Of a DNA stretch of 53,237 nt, positions 1 through 7,607 are shown in pieces. The notes under the pieces were generated by a model. It was given only the letters and a program-made list of their open reading frames with translations, made no database searches and had not been told where the DNA came from. The stretch lies in the NCBI GenBank assembly GCA_937902285.1, contig CALGTB010000335.1:1-53237 (forward strand). Reading direction: 5' to 3'. The position numbers and the translations under genes are program-made. This DNA comes from an uncultured Actinomycetes bacterium (GTDB lineage: Bacteria; Actinomycetota; Actinomycetes; S36-B12). The stretch's first letter is position 1. Each line of letters opens with the position of its first letter.

Positions 1-186
1 GTGACGCCGCCGGTGGTGACGCCGATGGTGGTGCCGACGTTGCAGCCGCAGGTGCCTGATCAGCAGGGTCCGGTGGTGGGTCCGACGGTGACGCCGCCGG
101 TGGTGACGCCGATGGTGGTGCCGACGTTGCAGCCGCAGGTGCAGCCGACGGTCACGCCGGATGTGGGTCCGGTGGTGGGTCCGACA
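1..186 (+). repeat. In-frame tandem duplication inside the surface-protein gene
   Basis: nt 1-55 and 88-142 are identical 55-mers (gtgacgccgccggtggtgacgccgatggtggtgccgacgttgcagccgcaggtgc). gggtccggtggtgggtccgac recurs at 66-86 and 165-185. Confidence 0.9.
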
Positions 187-726
187 GTGCAGGCGCCGGT
201 GGATGTGCCGACGCTCGTGCCGCCGCTGCAGGCCACGCCGACAGAGGTCACCGTCGCCCCCATCGGCAGCCAGACCGTCACCACCCCGGACTCGGTGACG
301 CCGGGGACCACCACGACCCCTGGGACGGTCGATGGCGGGACGGGAACCGTCGACGTCCAGGGTCCCGGCGGGGGCACAACGACGCCGGGCGTCACCGACA
401 CCGGGACCGCCACGCCCGGCACCGTGACGCCGGGTGGCGGCGGGCACGGCGGTGGACTCGGAACGGGCGTCACCGATGTCACCGGCCTGATCGACACGAC
501 CACGGGTCATGTCACGCACCAGACCCCGGGCGGGACGGGCACGCCGACCAATGACGTCAACACCTCCGACCGCACCGAGCTCGCCCACACGGGCAGCAAC
601 GCGGCCCTGCTCGGGGCCATCGGTGCTGCGGTCCTGGCTGCGGGTGCGGGGCTGAGCATGCTGGCCCGCAAGGGCGGCGACGACGACGGCACCGACGAGC
701 AGGCGGATGCTCCGCTGACGACATAG
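1..726 (+). CDS. C-terminal part (5' end cut by window edge) of a sortase-anchored cell-wall surface protein, Pro/Thr/Val/Gly-rich
   Basis: Open frame from nt 1 to TAG 724-726. LAHTG sorting motif (nt 580-594) is followed by hydrophobic helix AALLGAIGAAVLAAGAGLSML and a charged tail ARKGGDDD. Repetitive PVVTPMVVPTLQPQV units. Confidence 0.8.
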   Translation: MTPPVVTPMVVPTLQPQVPDQQGPVVGPTVTPPVVTPMVVPTLQPQVQPTVTPDVGPVVGPTVQAPVDVPTLVPPLQATPTEVTVAPIGSQTVTTPDSVTPGTTTTPGTVDGGTGTVDVQGPGGGTTTPGVTDTGTATPGTVTPGGGGHGGGLGTGVTDVTGLIDTTTGHVTHQTPGGTGTPTNDVNTSDRTELAHTGSNAALLGAIGAAVLAAGAGLSMLARKGGDDDGTDEQADAPLTT

Positions 727-739
727 GGGTCAGTGCGAG

Positions 740-795
740 GAATCCTGCAGTTCGCGTCGCAACATGACCGTCTTGTGGCGCGAACTGCAGGTTTC
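740..795. repeat. Imperfect palindromic intergenic repeat (copy 1 of 2), likely hairpin/terminator
   Basis: gaatcctgcagttcgcgtcgcaa ... ttgtggcgcgaactgcaggtttc, about 23-nt arms. The left arm is near-identical to the element at 21000-21055. Sits just after the surface-protein stop. Confidence 0.75.
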
Positions 796-871
796 GGGAG
801 GTGGGGTTGTATCCCTGGAGTGAGGTTCTGCGTCTATGAGGCAAGAGAACCTACGAGAAGGGATCCACCCC

Positions 872-1081
872 ATGTCCACGAACGAGAGCCCCATCGATCG
901 GGTCATCCGCGTCGTCATCGCCGTCGCCGCAGTCGTTGTCGCCTTCGTCGTCGGCGCGAGCAGCGTCCTCGGCATCATCCTCTTCGTCGTCGCCGCCATC
1001 ATGCTCGTCACGGCCGCGACCGGCTTCTGCCCGCTCTACCGGGTCTTCGGAATGAGCACGTGCAAGGTCTCGAACTCCTGA
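872..1081 (+). CDS. DUF2892 (YgaP-like) small membrane protein
   Basis: MSTNESPIDRVIRVVIAV..., two hydrophobic helices, and a C-terminal GFCPLYRVFGMSTC typical of DUF2892. ATG at 872 is preceded by gagaaggga; ORF track start 836 is a less likely alternative. Confidence 0.75.
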   Translation: MSTNESPIDRVIRVVIAVAAVVVAFVVGASSVLGIILFVVAAIMLVTAATGFCPLYRVFGMSTCKVSNS

Positions 1082-1133
1082 CCACGCACGTCCTGCGGCG
1101 GATGCCGGCGGGCGCAGGCATAGCGTTCGTGCC

Positions 1134-1943
1134 ATGACCGATCCTTCGCAGGGCAGTGCGGGTCCGGCTGCCGGCCCGGAGCGCCTCGTCGACGAGGTGC
1201 CCGGGCTGCTGCGCTACGCCCGCACTCTCACCAGGGATCAGGCCCAGGCCGAGGACCTCGTCCAGGACACGGTCGTGCGTGCCCTGGAGCGATTCGAGTC
1301 GTTCGACGGCCGGTCGTCCCTGGCGACCTGGCTGCATCGGATCATGCACAACCTGGCCGTGGATGCCTCACGCCGGAAGGCTGAGCTGCCCACGGACCTG
1401 GACGACGAAGGAGCCGAGGCGGTGGAGGTCATGTGGGCGAACGACGCCTACACGGTCGACGCGGCCGTCGTGGTCGAGCGAGCTGACTCTCGGGACCGGC
1501 TGCGTGACGCGCTCCTGCGCCTTCCCCTCACCTACCGGTCGGCCGTGGTGCTGCACGACGGCGAGGGAATGCGCATGGTCGATGTCGCCGAGATCCAGGG
1601 GATCCAGCTGCCGGCGGCGAAGCAGAGACTGAGGAGAGGGCGGATGATGCTCGTGAGCGAACTCGACAGCGGCACGACACCCGAGCCCACGCCCGAGGTG
1701 CCGCTGCGGTGCTGGGATGCCCGCAGCCGCGTGAGCGACTACATGGACAACGACCTCGCCGAGCGCGACCGGGCGCTGCTGGAGAGGCACCTCGAGACGT
1801 GCCCGACCTGTCCGCCTCTCTATGCCGGCCTGGTCGGTGTGCGCGAGGCGGTCGGACGGGGCCGCGACTCCGACGAGGCCGTTCCCCCGGACGTGGCCGA
1901 GCGGATCCGCGCCCTCATCGAGGGGTCGAGCTCAGGGGACTGA
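1134..1943 (+). CDS. ECF (sigma-70 family) sigma factor with C-terminally fused zf-HC2/ZAS anti-sigma-like domain
   Basis: Region 2 (DLVQDTVVRALERF, WLHRIMHNLAVDASRR), region 4 (LPLTYRSAVVLHDGEGMRMVDVAEIQGIQLPAAKQRLRRGRMML), a Pro/Thr linker, then C-x25-H-x3-C-x2-C (LRCWDA...RHLETCPTC, nt 1788-1811). Confidence 0.85.
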   Translation: MTDPSQGSAGPAAGPERLVDEVPGLLRYARTLTRDQAQAEDLVQDTVVRALERFESFDGRSSLATWLHRIMHNLAVDASRRKAELPTDLDDEGAEAVEVMWANDAYTVDAAVVVERADSRDRLRDALLRLPLTYRSAVVLHDGEGMRMVDVAEIQGIQLPAAKQRLRRGRMMLVSELDSGTTPEPTPEVPLRCWDARSRVSDYMDNDLAERDRALLERHLETCPTCPPLYAGLVGVREAVGRGRDSDEAVPPDVAERIRALIEGSSSGD

Positions 1944-3425
1944 TGGATCGGAGGCCCGCCGGGCGGCGGCACCTCCACCCTCCTGGGCTGACAGGCGTCC
2001 GTCAGCGATGGCGCCGGTGAAGTCGGCGTAGTCCTGCTCCACCTGGTCGGCGTACGCCACGGAGAACGACTGGATCGACGCGTCGAACCGCTCGCCCGTT
2101 CCGAGATAGGCGGCGATGGCCACCGCGTCGCCCGAGCGGGCGTGCGCGCGGGCAAGCGTGTGACCGCAGGCTGCCGCGTACTCTCGCAGCTGGGCTGACC
2201 GCATCTTGGACGGGTCCGGCGCCCACTTCATGTCACGCAGCTGCCGCACATAGAAGCTGTGGTCGTTCGGACCGTCGATCCAGCCGAGGAACGAGTCGCT
2301 GGCCGCCTGCATCAGGCGCTGACCGCTCACCACGCGATGCCCGTGCCGCGTGAACGCAGACGGTTTCGTGTAGGGCTCGAGCACCGATGCCTGCGCCTGC
2401 TTGACCTGCAGGATCATCAGGTCGTCGTCGTCGCGGCCCCGCATGAGGAGCACGAGCGCCAGCAGCCCGACGCTGCCTACGCCGACCACCTTGTGGCCGG
2501 CATCGATGACCTCGTATCGCTTGAGCAGGTCGCGACGGTCGTCCTGCAGCGTGGCCCGGTAGTCATGGAACAGGACGTTGACGACGCGGCGCATCTCGGC
2601 ATCCGTGTCGAGGCGGGCCAGGAGTGGTGGCTCGTTCCGGAACTGGCGGCGGCCGTCGACGACCTCGGTGATCTTGGCGATGGCCGACCAGGCGTCGCGG
2701 GCCTGCGCGGCGGCGATCGTCTTGCCCAAGGTGGTCTGCAGACGGCGGACCTTGCGGCGCTCGGACCGTCGGGCCGACTTCTCATACGCGGGCAGCTGGG
2801 CCTGGATGCTCGTGACGTCGATGCGGTCGTACCAGATGTCGAGCTCGCGCTTCGTCGCGAACGTCGCCATCGCGGTGCGGTAGGTGGCAGCGGCGATGCG
2901 CGCGGCCTCCGCGCCGGTCGCCGTCGCCAGGCTGTTGTCCCGGGCAGCGAGCACGAAGGAGGTGGCCAGTCGTGCGACGTCCCACTCGAAGGGGCCGGGG
3001 TGGGTCTCGTCGAAGTCGTTCACGTCGAACACGAGCGACCGGTCGGGGGAGGCGAAGAGCCCGAAGTTGGCCAGGTGCGCGTCGCCGCACAGCTGCACCT
3101 CGAGGTCGGTGCGCGGCATGGACCCCAGGTCGGCCGCCATGATGATGGCGCTGCCCCGGTAGAAGGCGAACGGGCTGCTCGCCATCCGTGCATGACGGAC
3201 GGGAACCAGCTCGGGCACGCGGGAGGTCTCCTGCCCGGTGAGCAGCGCGATCGGGTCGGGGCGCTCGGGCGACGTCGTCCACGTGGCCAGGGCACTGCGG
3301 GGGGTGCGAGCCCGTGCGTCGCGGCCCCGGGCGGTGCGCTCGGCCACGCTCGGGTGCGGGACCGGCCGCTGATGGGCAGCGCGGGCCACCCTGTCGGCGA
3401 ACGGGTCCAGGGGGGTCACAGCCAT
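1932..3425 (-). CDS. DUF2252 family protein
   Basis: MAVTPLDPFADR...SSPFAFYRGSAIIMAADL...QLCGDAHLANFGLF is the characteristic DUF2252 core. ATG at 3425 is preceded by aggagg. The longer ORF-track N-terminus (to 3680) lies antisense in corA and is rejected. Confidence 0.8.
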   Translation of the reverse strand: MAVTPLDPFADRVARAAHQRPVPHPSVAERTARGRDARARTPRSALATWTTSPERPDPIALLTGQETSRVPELVPVRHARMASSPFAFYRGSAIIMAADLGSMPRTDLEVQLCGDAHLANFGLFASPDRSLVFDVNDFDETHPGPFEWDVARLATSFVLAARDNSLATATGAEAARIAAATYRTAMATFATKRELDIWYDRIDVTSIQAQLPAYEKSARRSERRKVRRLQTTLGKTIAAAQARDAWSAIAKITEVVDGRRQFRNEPPLLARLDTDAEMRRVVNVLFHDYRATLQDDRRDLLKRYEVIDAGHKVVGVGSVGLLALVLLMRGRDDDDLMILQVKQAQASVLEPYTKPSAFTRHGHRVVSGQRLMQAASDSFLGWIDGPNDHSFYVRQLRDMKWAPDPSKMRSAQLREYAAACGHTLARAHARSGDAVAIAAYLGTGERFDASIQSFSVAYADQVEQDYADFTGAIADGRLSAQEGGGAAARRASDPSVP

Positions 3426-4426
3426 CCGTTCCTCCTGAACGTCCAGTAGAGGGCCACCGAGATACCCACGATAAGCACCGCCGAGGAGACGAGTCCTGCC
3501 GTGCTGGCGAAGCCGGGATACGGCAGGTTCTGGCCGTACCAGCCGGTGATCGCGGTCGGCACGGCGATGATCGCCGCCCAGCTGGTGACCTTCTTCGTGA
3601 TGACGTTCAGCCGGTTGCCCTGCTGGGTGAGGTTGGTCTCCAGGATCGTGGAGACGAGGTCCCGCAGCGACTCTGTCCATTCCGTGGCGCGGAGCACGTG
3701 GTCGTAGACGTCCTGGTAGTACGGCAGCATCTCGTCGCCCACGACCTTGAGGTCGCGGCGCATGAGGCTGTTGACCACCTCGCGCATCGGCAGTACGACG
3801 CGGCGCAGGATCACCAGGCTCTTCCGCAGCGCGAAGCTGCGGCGCTGGAGGTCGCTGTCGGGGGTGCCGTCGTCGAACAGCATGTCCTCGAGCTCCTCGA
3901 TCGCCTCGTCAAGGTCCTGGACGGCCGCGAAGTGGCTGTCGACGACGTGGTCGATGAGCCCGTACAGGAGGAAGCTGACCCCGCAGTGGGCCAGGTCGCT
4001 GGAGCGGTCCCACTGCGCGACGACGGCATCCATGTCGAACTGGTCGTCCTTGCGGACGGTGACCAGGGCGGCGGGGGTGATGAACGCTGAGACCTCGCTC
4101 ATCCTCAGGTCGCCGGACTCCCGGTCGAGGCGCACGTCGTACATGTTGAGGAACTCGTGTGAGCTGTAGCGATCGAGCTTGGGGCGCTGCCGCGTGTCGA
4201 GGGCGTCGGCGACGGCGAGCTGGTGGAGCCCGAGCTCGTCCGCGATGAGCGTGAGGTCCCCGGGGTCGGGGGCAAGGAGGTCGACCCAGACGAAGCAGCC
4301 GTCGACGTCGACGTAGTCCGACACGTCGGCGACGGGGAATCCCTCGAGCTCGAGCACTCCGGAGCGGTACAGCCGAGTCCGCACGATGCCCCCGGAGGCG
4401 TGACGGGGAGCGTCGTTCGCTGTCAC
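3416..4426 (-). CDS. corA: CorA-family divalent metal ion transporter (GQN variant of the GMN motif)
   Basis: Cytoplasmic CorA-like domain plus two C-terminal TM helices with WYGQNLPYPG (nt 3527-3535 encode G-Q-N). GTG start at 4426 chosen (337 aa); the upstream Gly-rich extension is unlikely to be real. Confidence 0.75.
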   Translation of the reverse strand: MTANDAPRHASGGIVRTRLYRSGVLELEGFPVADVSDYVDVDGCFVWVDLLAPDPGDLTLIADELGLHQLAVADALDTRQRPKLDRYSSHEFLNMYDVRLDRESGDLRMSEVSAFITPAALVTVRKDDQFDMDAVVAQWDRSSDLAHCGVSFLLYGLIDHVVDSHFAAVQDLDEAIEELEDMLFDDGTPDSDLQRRSFALRKSLVILRRVVLPMREVVNSLMRRDLKVVGDEMLPYYQDVYDHVLRATEWTESLRDLVSTILETNLTQQGNRLNVITKKVTSWAAIIAVPTAITGWYGQNLPYPGFASTAGLVSSAVLIVGISVALYWTFRRNGWL

Positions 4427-4538
4427 AGGGCCTCGCAGGTGTGGGCGGCCGGTCTGTCCAGCGGCAAGCGTAGTGGCCCGACACGTGCCTCTGGCATGCT
4501 TGGCGCGACCGCGCCTCCCCCCTCGAGAAGGAACCCCG

Positions 4539-5213
4539 ATGAGCGACACGACCCCTCCGCCCTCCGACCCGGTCCCCACGCCGCCGCCGGCCGAGCCCAC
4601 TCCGACCCCGCCCGCAGCCGCGACCCCGCCGCCTCCGCCGCCCGGCGCCCCCGCGCCGACCACCTACCCGACGGCACCGTCGGCGGGCATGCCCGGTGCA
4701 GCACCGTCGAACGGCATGGGCACCGCCGCCCTCATCATGGGCATCCTGCAGTTCTTCTGCCTGCCCGTGATCGCCGGCGTCCTGGCCATCGTGTTCGGCA
4801 AGATCGGCATGAACAAGGCCAAGGCGGGCGAGGCCACCAACGGCGGCGTCGCGAAGGCCGGATTCTGGCTGGGCATCATCGGCCTGATCCTCACCGTGAT
4901 CGCCGGTATCGTCACGATCATCCTCATCGCGGCGGGCGTCGCGTTCGTCAGCAACAGCGTCGACGTGGCGAAGAACTCGCAGACCGGGCTCGTGGACGGC
5001 AACTACGGGATGAACCCCAACTCGTCGATTCGCATCAACGACCGCTGCGCCTTCGACGGGGCGGCCGTCAACATCGACACCAACGAGACGGTCAAGCCGA
5101 GCGTCACGGTCGTCGGCTCCGGATCGATCGAGTGCGGCACGGGCACGGGCACGCCGGACGTCGTGATCTTCACGGTGACCGGCGGCGTCGCGAAGATCGT
5201 CGAGGTCAGCTGA
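4539..5213 (+). CDS. DUF4190-type membrane protein with Pro-rich N-terminus
   Basis: MSDTTPPPSDPVPTPPP..., then GTAALIMGILQFFCLPVIAGVLAIVFGKIGMNKAK and a second TM helix. ATG 4539 follows gaagga. Confidence 0.7.
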   Translation: MSDTTPPPSDPVPTPPPAEPTPTPPAAATPPPPPPGAPAPTTYPTAPSAGMPGAAPSNGMGTAALIMGILQFFCLPVIAGVLAIVFGKIGMNKAKAGEATNGGVAKAGFWLGIIGLILTVIAGIVTIILIAAGVAFVSNSVDVAKNSQTGLVDGNYGMNPNSSIRINDRCAFDGAAVNIDTNETVKPSVTVVGSGSIECGTGTGTPDVVIFTVTGGVAKIVEVS

Positions 5214-5222
5214 GGCTCGGCC

Positions 5223-6107
5223 ATGACGAGCGAGGCGGACACGGTCGTGCTGAGCGGCGGCGGTGAGCTCCAGTTCATCGTCGATGACGGTGCGCCGCAC
5301 GACGCCGAGCTCCTCGTGTACCACCACGGCACCCCCGTGGCCGGACCCCTGAGCGACGCCATGGTCGGCGCCGCTCGGGGGTGCGGGCTGCGGCTCGTCG
5401 AGGTCGTGCGTCCCGGGTACGGCGGCTCATCGCGCCGGCCCGGACGCACGGTCGCCGACGTGGCCCCCCTCGTGTCGACGGTGGCCGACACCCTCGGCCA
5501 TGCCCGGTTCGCGTCCTTCGGATGGTCCGGCGGGGGTCCGCACGTGCTCGCGACGGCCGCGCTGCTTCCTGAGCGGTGCGTCGGCGTCGTCAGCTTCGCG
5601 GGGGTGGCACCGGTCGATGCGGCCGGACTGAACTGGCTCGCCGGCATGGGGGAGGACAACTGGCACGAGTTCGGCGCTGCCCTCGCCGGTGACTGGTTCA
5701 TCGAGCACTTCCTCACCGAGGCGGTGGCCGAGCTGGTCGACGTGCAGGGCCTCGGCGTGATCGAGGCCATGGCATCGCTGCTTCCCGAGGCCGACCGCCG
5801 AGCCCTGTCCGCCGGGGCGGCAGAGCACATGGCAGCCGAGCTCCGGTGGTCCGTCGCCCACGGCCCCTGGGGCTGGATGGACGACGACCTGGCCTTCGTC
5901 GCGCCGTGGGGCTTCGACCTTTCCTCGATCACCGTGCCGGTGCACGTGTGGCAGGGCACCGACGACCTCATGGTTCCGTTCGCCCACGGCCAGTGGCTGG
6001 CCGCGAACCTGCCCACTGCCCGCCCGCACCTTCTCCCGGGGGAGGGCCACCTGTCGCTCGAGGCCCATCTCCCCTCCGCCTTCTCAGCGCTGCGCGAATG
6101 CTTCTAA
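5223..6107 (+). CDS. alpha/beta-fold hydrolase
   Basis: HHGTP oxyanion-type motif, nucleophile elbow GWSGGG, and a C-terminal D...H (PGEGHLS). Confidence 0.8.
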   Translation: MTSEADTVVLSGGGELQFIVDDGAPHDAELLVYHHGTPVAGPLSDAMVGAARGCGLRLVEVVRPGYGGSSRRPGRTVADVAPLVSTVADTLGHARFASFGWSGGGPHVLATAALLPERCVGVVSFAGVAPVDAAGLNWLAGMGEDNWHEFGAALAGDWFIEHFLTEAVAELVDVQGLGVIEAMASLLPEADRRALSAGAAEHMAAELRWSVAHGPWGWMDDDLAFVAPWGFDLSSITVPVHVWQGTDDLMVPFAHGQWLAANLPTARPHLLPGEGHLSLEAHLPSAFSALRECF

Positions 6108-6206
6108 GCGGTCTGCCCGACTCCGAGCGGTGGCGGATCGACGACCGTAGACTCGCGTCGCCGGCCCGACCGGGCCCATCCGTGAACTCAGCCCTCAGGA
6201 GGAGCC

Positions 6207-6464
6207 ATGCCCGACGACAGCATCGAGATCGGTGAGTCGGTCGACATCGAGGTCGTCGTCGACGACGAGGGAGACGTCGTGGGTGCCGTCGTCGATGACG
6301 TGATCGTCGCAACGGGCCCGGGCGGCAGCATCGTCGACGAGACCGTCGACATCCTCGACGATCAGGGCAATGTCCTCATCGAGGACGAGACCGTCAGCGT
6401 CTTCGATGAGGACGCCAACCTCATCGCCCAGGAGGAGACCGTCGCGGTCGCGCTGGACGACTAG
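6207..6464 (+). CDS. Small, extremely acidic repeat protein (hypothetical)
   Basis: Strong RBS (ctcaggaggagcc ATG). 85 aa dominated by D/E/V with about 16-aa repeats (DETVDILDDQGNVLIE / DETVSVFDEDANLIAQ / EETVAVALDD). Confidence 0.55.
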   Translation: MPDDSIEIGESVDIEVVVDDEGDVVGAVVDDVIVATGPGGSIVDETVDILDDQGNVLIEDETVSVFDEDANLIAQEETVAVALDD

Positions 6465-6507
6465 GCGCCGGTCGTAGGCACGCGATCGGATTCGAGAGGC
6501 GGGCACC

Positions 6508-6942
6508 GTGCTCAAGGGGATCGATCCACTGCTGAGCGGCGAGCTGCTTCGACTTCTGGACGACATGGGCCACGGGGACCTGCTGCTGCTCGTCGACCGC
6601 AACTACCCGGCTGCTGCCTCGGGCAGGCCGGTCGTGAGGCTGGGCGAGACGACGATCCTCCGCGCGGCGGAGGCGATCCTCAGCGTGCTGCCGCTCGACT
6701 CGTTCGTCGACTGCCCGATCGAGCGCATGGAGGTCGACGACGACCCAGGCCTCACGACGCGCGCCCAGGACGACCTCCTTGCCCTGGCCCGACGGGTGGA
6801 GGGCCGCGACATCGCCTACGCGGTCGTCCCTCGTCTGGAGTTCTATGAGAGGGCGAAGGCGGCGTTCGCCGTGGTGCACACGCTCGACGCCGAGCCGTAC
6901 GGGTGCTTCATCCTCCGCAAGGGGGTTATCTTCGAGGGGTGA
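6508..6942 (+). CDS. RbsD/FucU family sugar mutarotase (L-fucose mutarotase / D-ribose pyranase-like)
   Basis: MLKGIDPLLSGELLRLLDDMGHGDLLLLVDRNYP... matches the FucU/RbsD N-terminal signature. Confidence 0.85.
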   Translation: MLKGIDPLLSGELLRLLDDMGHGDLLLLVDRNYPAAASGRPVVRLGETTILRAAEAILSVLPLDSFVDCPIERMEVDDDPGLTTRAQDDLLALARRVEGRDIAYAVVPRLEFYERAKAAFAVVHTLDAEPYGCFILRKGVIFEG

Positions 6943-7601
6943 GAAGCCCCGTGGTCGCGGCGCTGGCCGCGGTCATCGTGTCGGTGGCAGTCCTCCCCTC
7001 CGCGGCACATGCCGTCCCGTCGGCGAACCAGAAGCCGGCCCTCATGGTCCTGAACGCCCTCCCCGTGTCGCCCGAGCGGATGACGGGGTACGACCGCGAT
7101 GACTTCGACCACTGGTCGGACCTCGACGGCGACGGATGCGACACCCGTGAGGAGGTGCTCATCTCCGAGCGCATCTCCGGCACGGTCTCCGGCTGCACCG
7201 TGATCGGGGGGAGGTGGCGGTCGGCCTACGACGGCATCATCACCTCAGACCCGAGCGGCTTCGATGTCGACCATCGGGTCCCGCTCGCGGATGCGTACGC
7301 GTCGGGCGCGTGGCGATGGACCGCGGACACGAAGGAGCGGTTCGCGAACGACCTGGCCTTCAGCCCCGCGCTCATCGCGGTAACGGCCTCGTCGAACCGC
7401 TCCAAGGGAGACCGTGACCCCGCCGAATGGATGCCCCCGCTCGCGGGGCAGCGCTGCGGCTATCTCAAGCAGTGGATCGCCGTGAAGTTCCGGTGGGGCC
7501 TGGCCGTCGACTCGGCGGAGAAGTCGGCGATCACCCGGCTGCTGGACGGCTGCTCGCCGCTCATGCGCGTCCCGGGCAGGGCGGTCGTCGAGACCCGCTG
7601 A
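6939..7601 (+). CDS. Secreted HNH/DUF1524-type nuclease
   Basis: GTG start overlaps the FucU stop (GTGA). Signal peptide VRSPVVAALAAVIVSVAVLPSAAHA. Core GYDRDDFDHW...DVDHRVPLADAY...SNRSKGDRDPAEWMPP is typical of the DUF1524/HNH fold. Confidence 0.75.
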   Translation: MRSPVVAALAAVIVSVAVLPSAAHAVPSANQKPALMVLNALPVSPERMTGYDRDDFDHWSDLDGDGCDTREEVLISERISGTVSGCTVIGGRWRSAYDGIITSDPSGFDVDHRVPLADAYASGAWRWTADTKERFANDLAFSPALIAVTASSNRSKGDRDPAEWMPPLAGQRCGYLKQWIAVKFRWGLAVDSAEKSAITRLLDGCSPLMRVPGRAVVETR

Positions 7602-7607
7602 TCGCTG

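Noticed and set aside
1-186. Possible CRISPR-like or non-coding repeat array
   Set aside because: The repeats are in-frame inside a Pro/Val/Thr-rich surface-protein gene. Their spacing is irregular and there is no cas context, so this is a coding tandem duplication.
836-871. Upstream ATG (836) for the DUF2892 gene
   Set aside because: ATG 872 has a purine-rich RBS (gagaaggga) and gives the usual DUF2892 length. The 12-aa extension MRQENLREGIHP is unsupported.
4427-4538. Possible Mg2+ riboswitch (M-box) upstream of corA
   Set aside because: The divergent intergenic region is only about 110 nt and shows none of the extended conserved helices expected. It is too short for an M-box.
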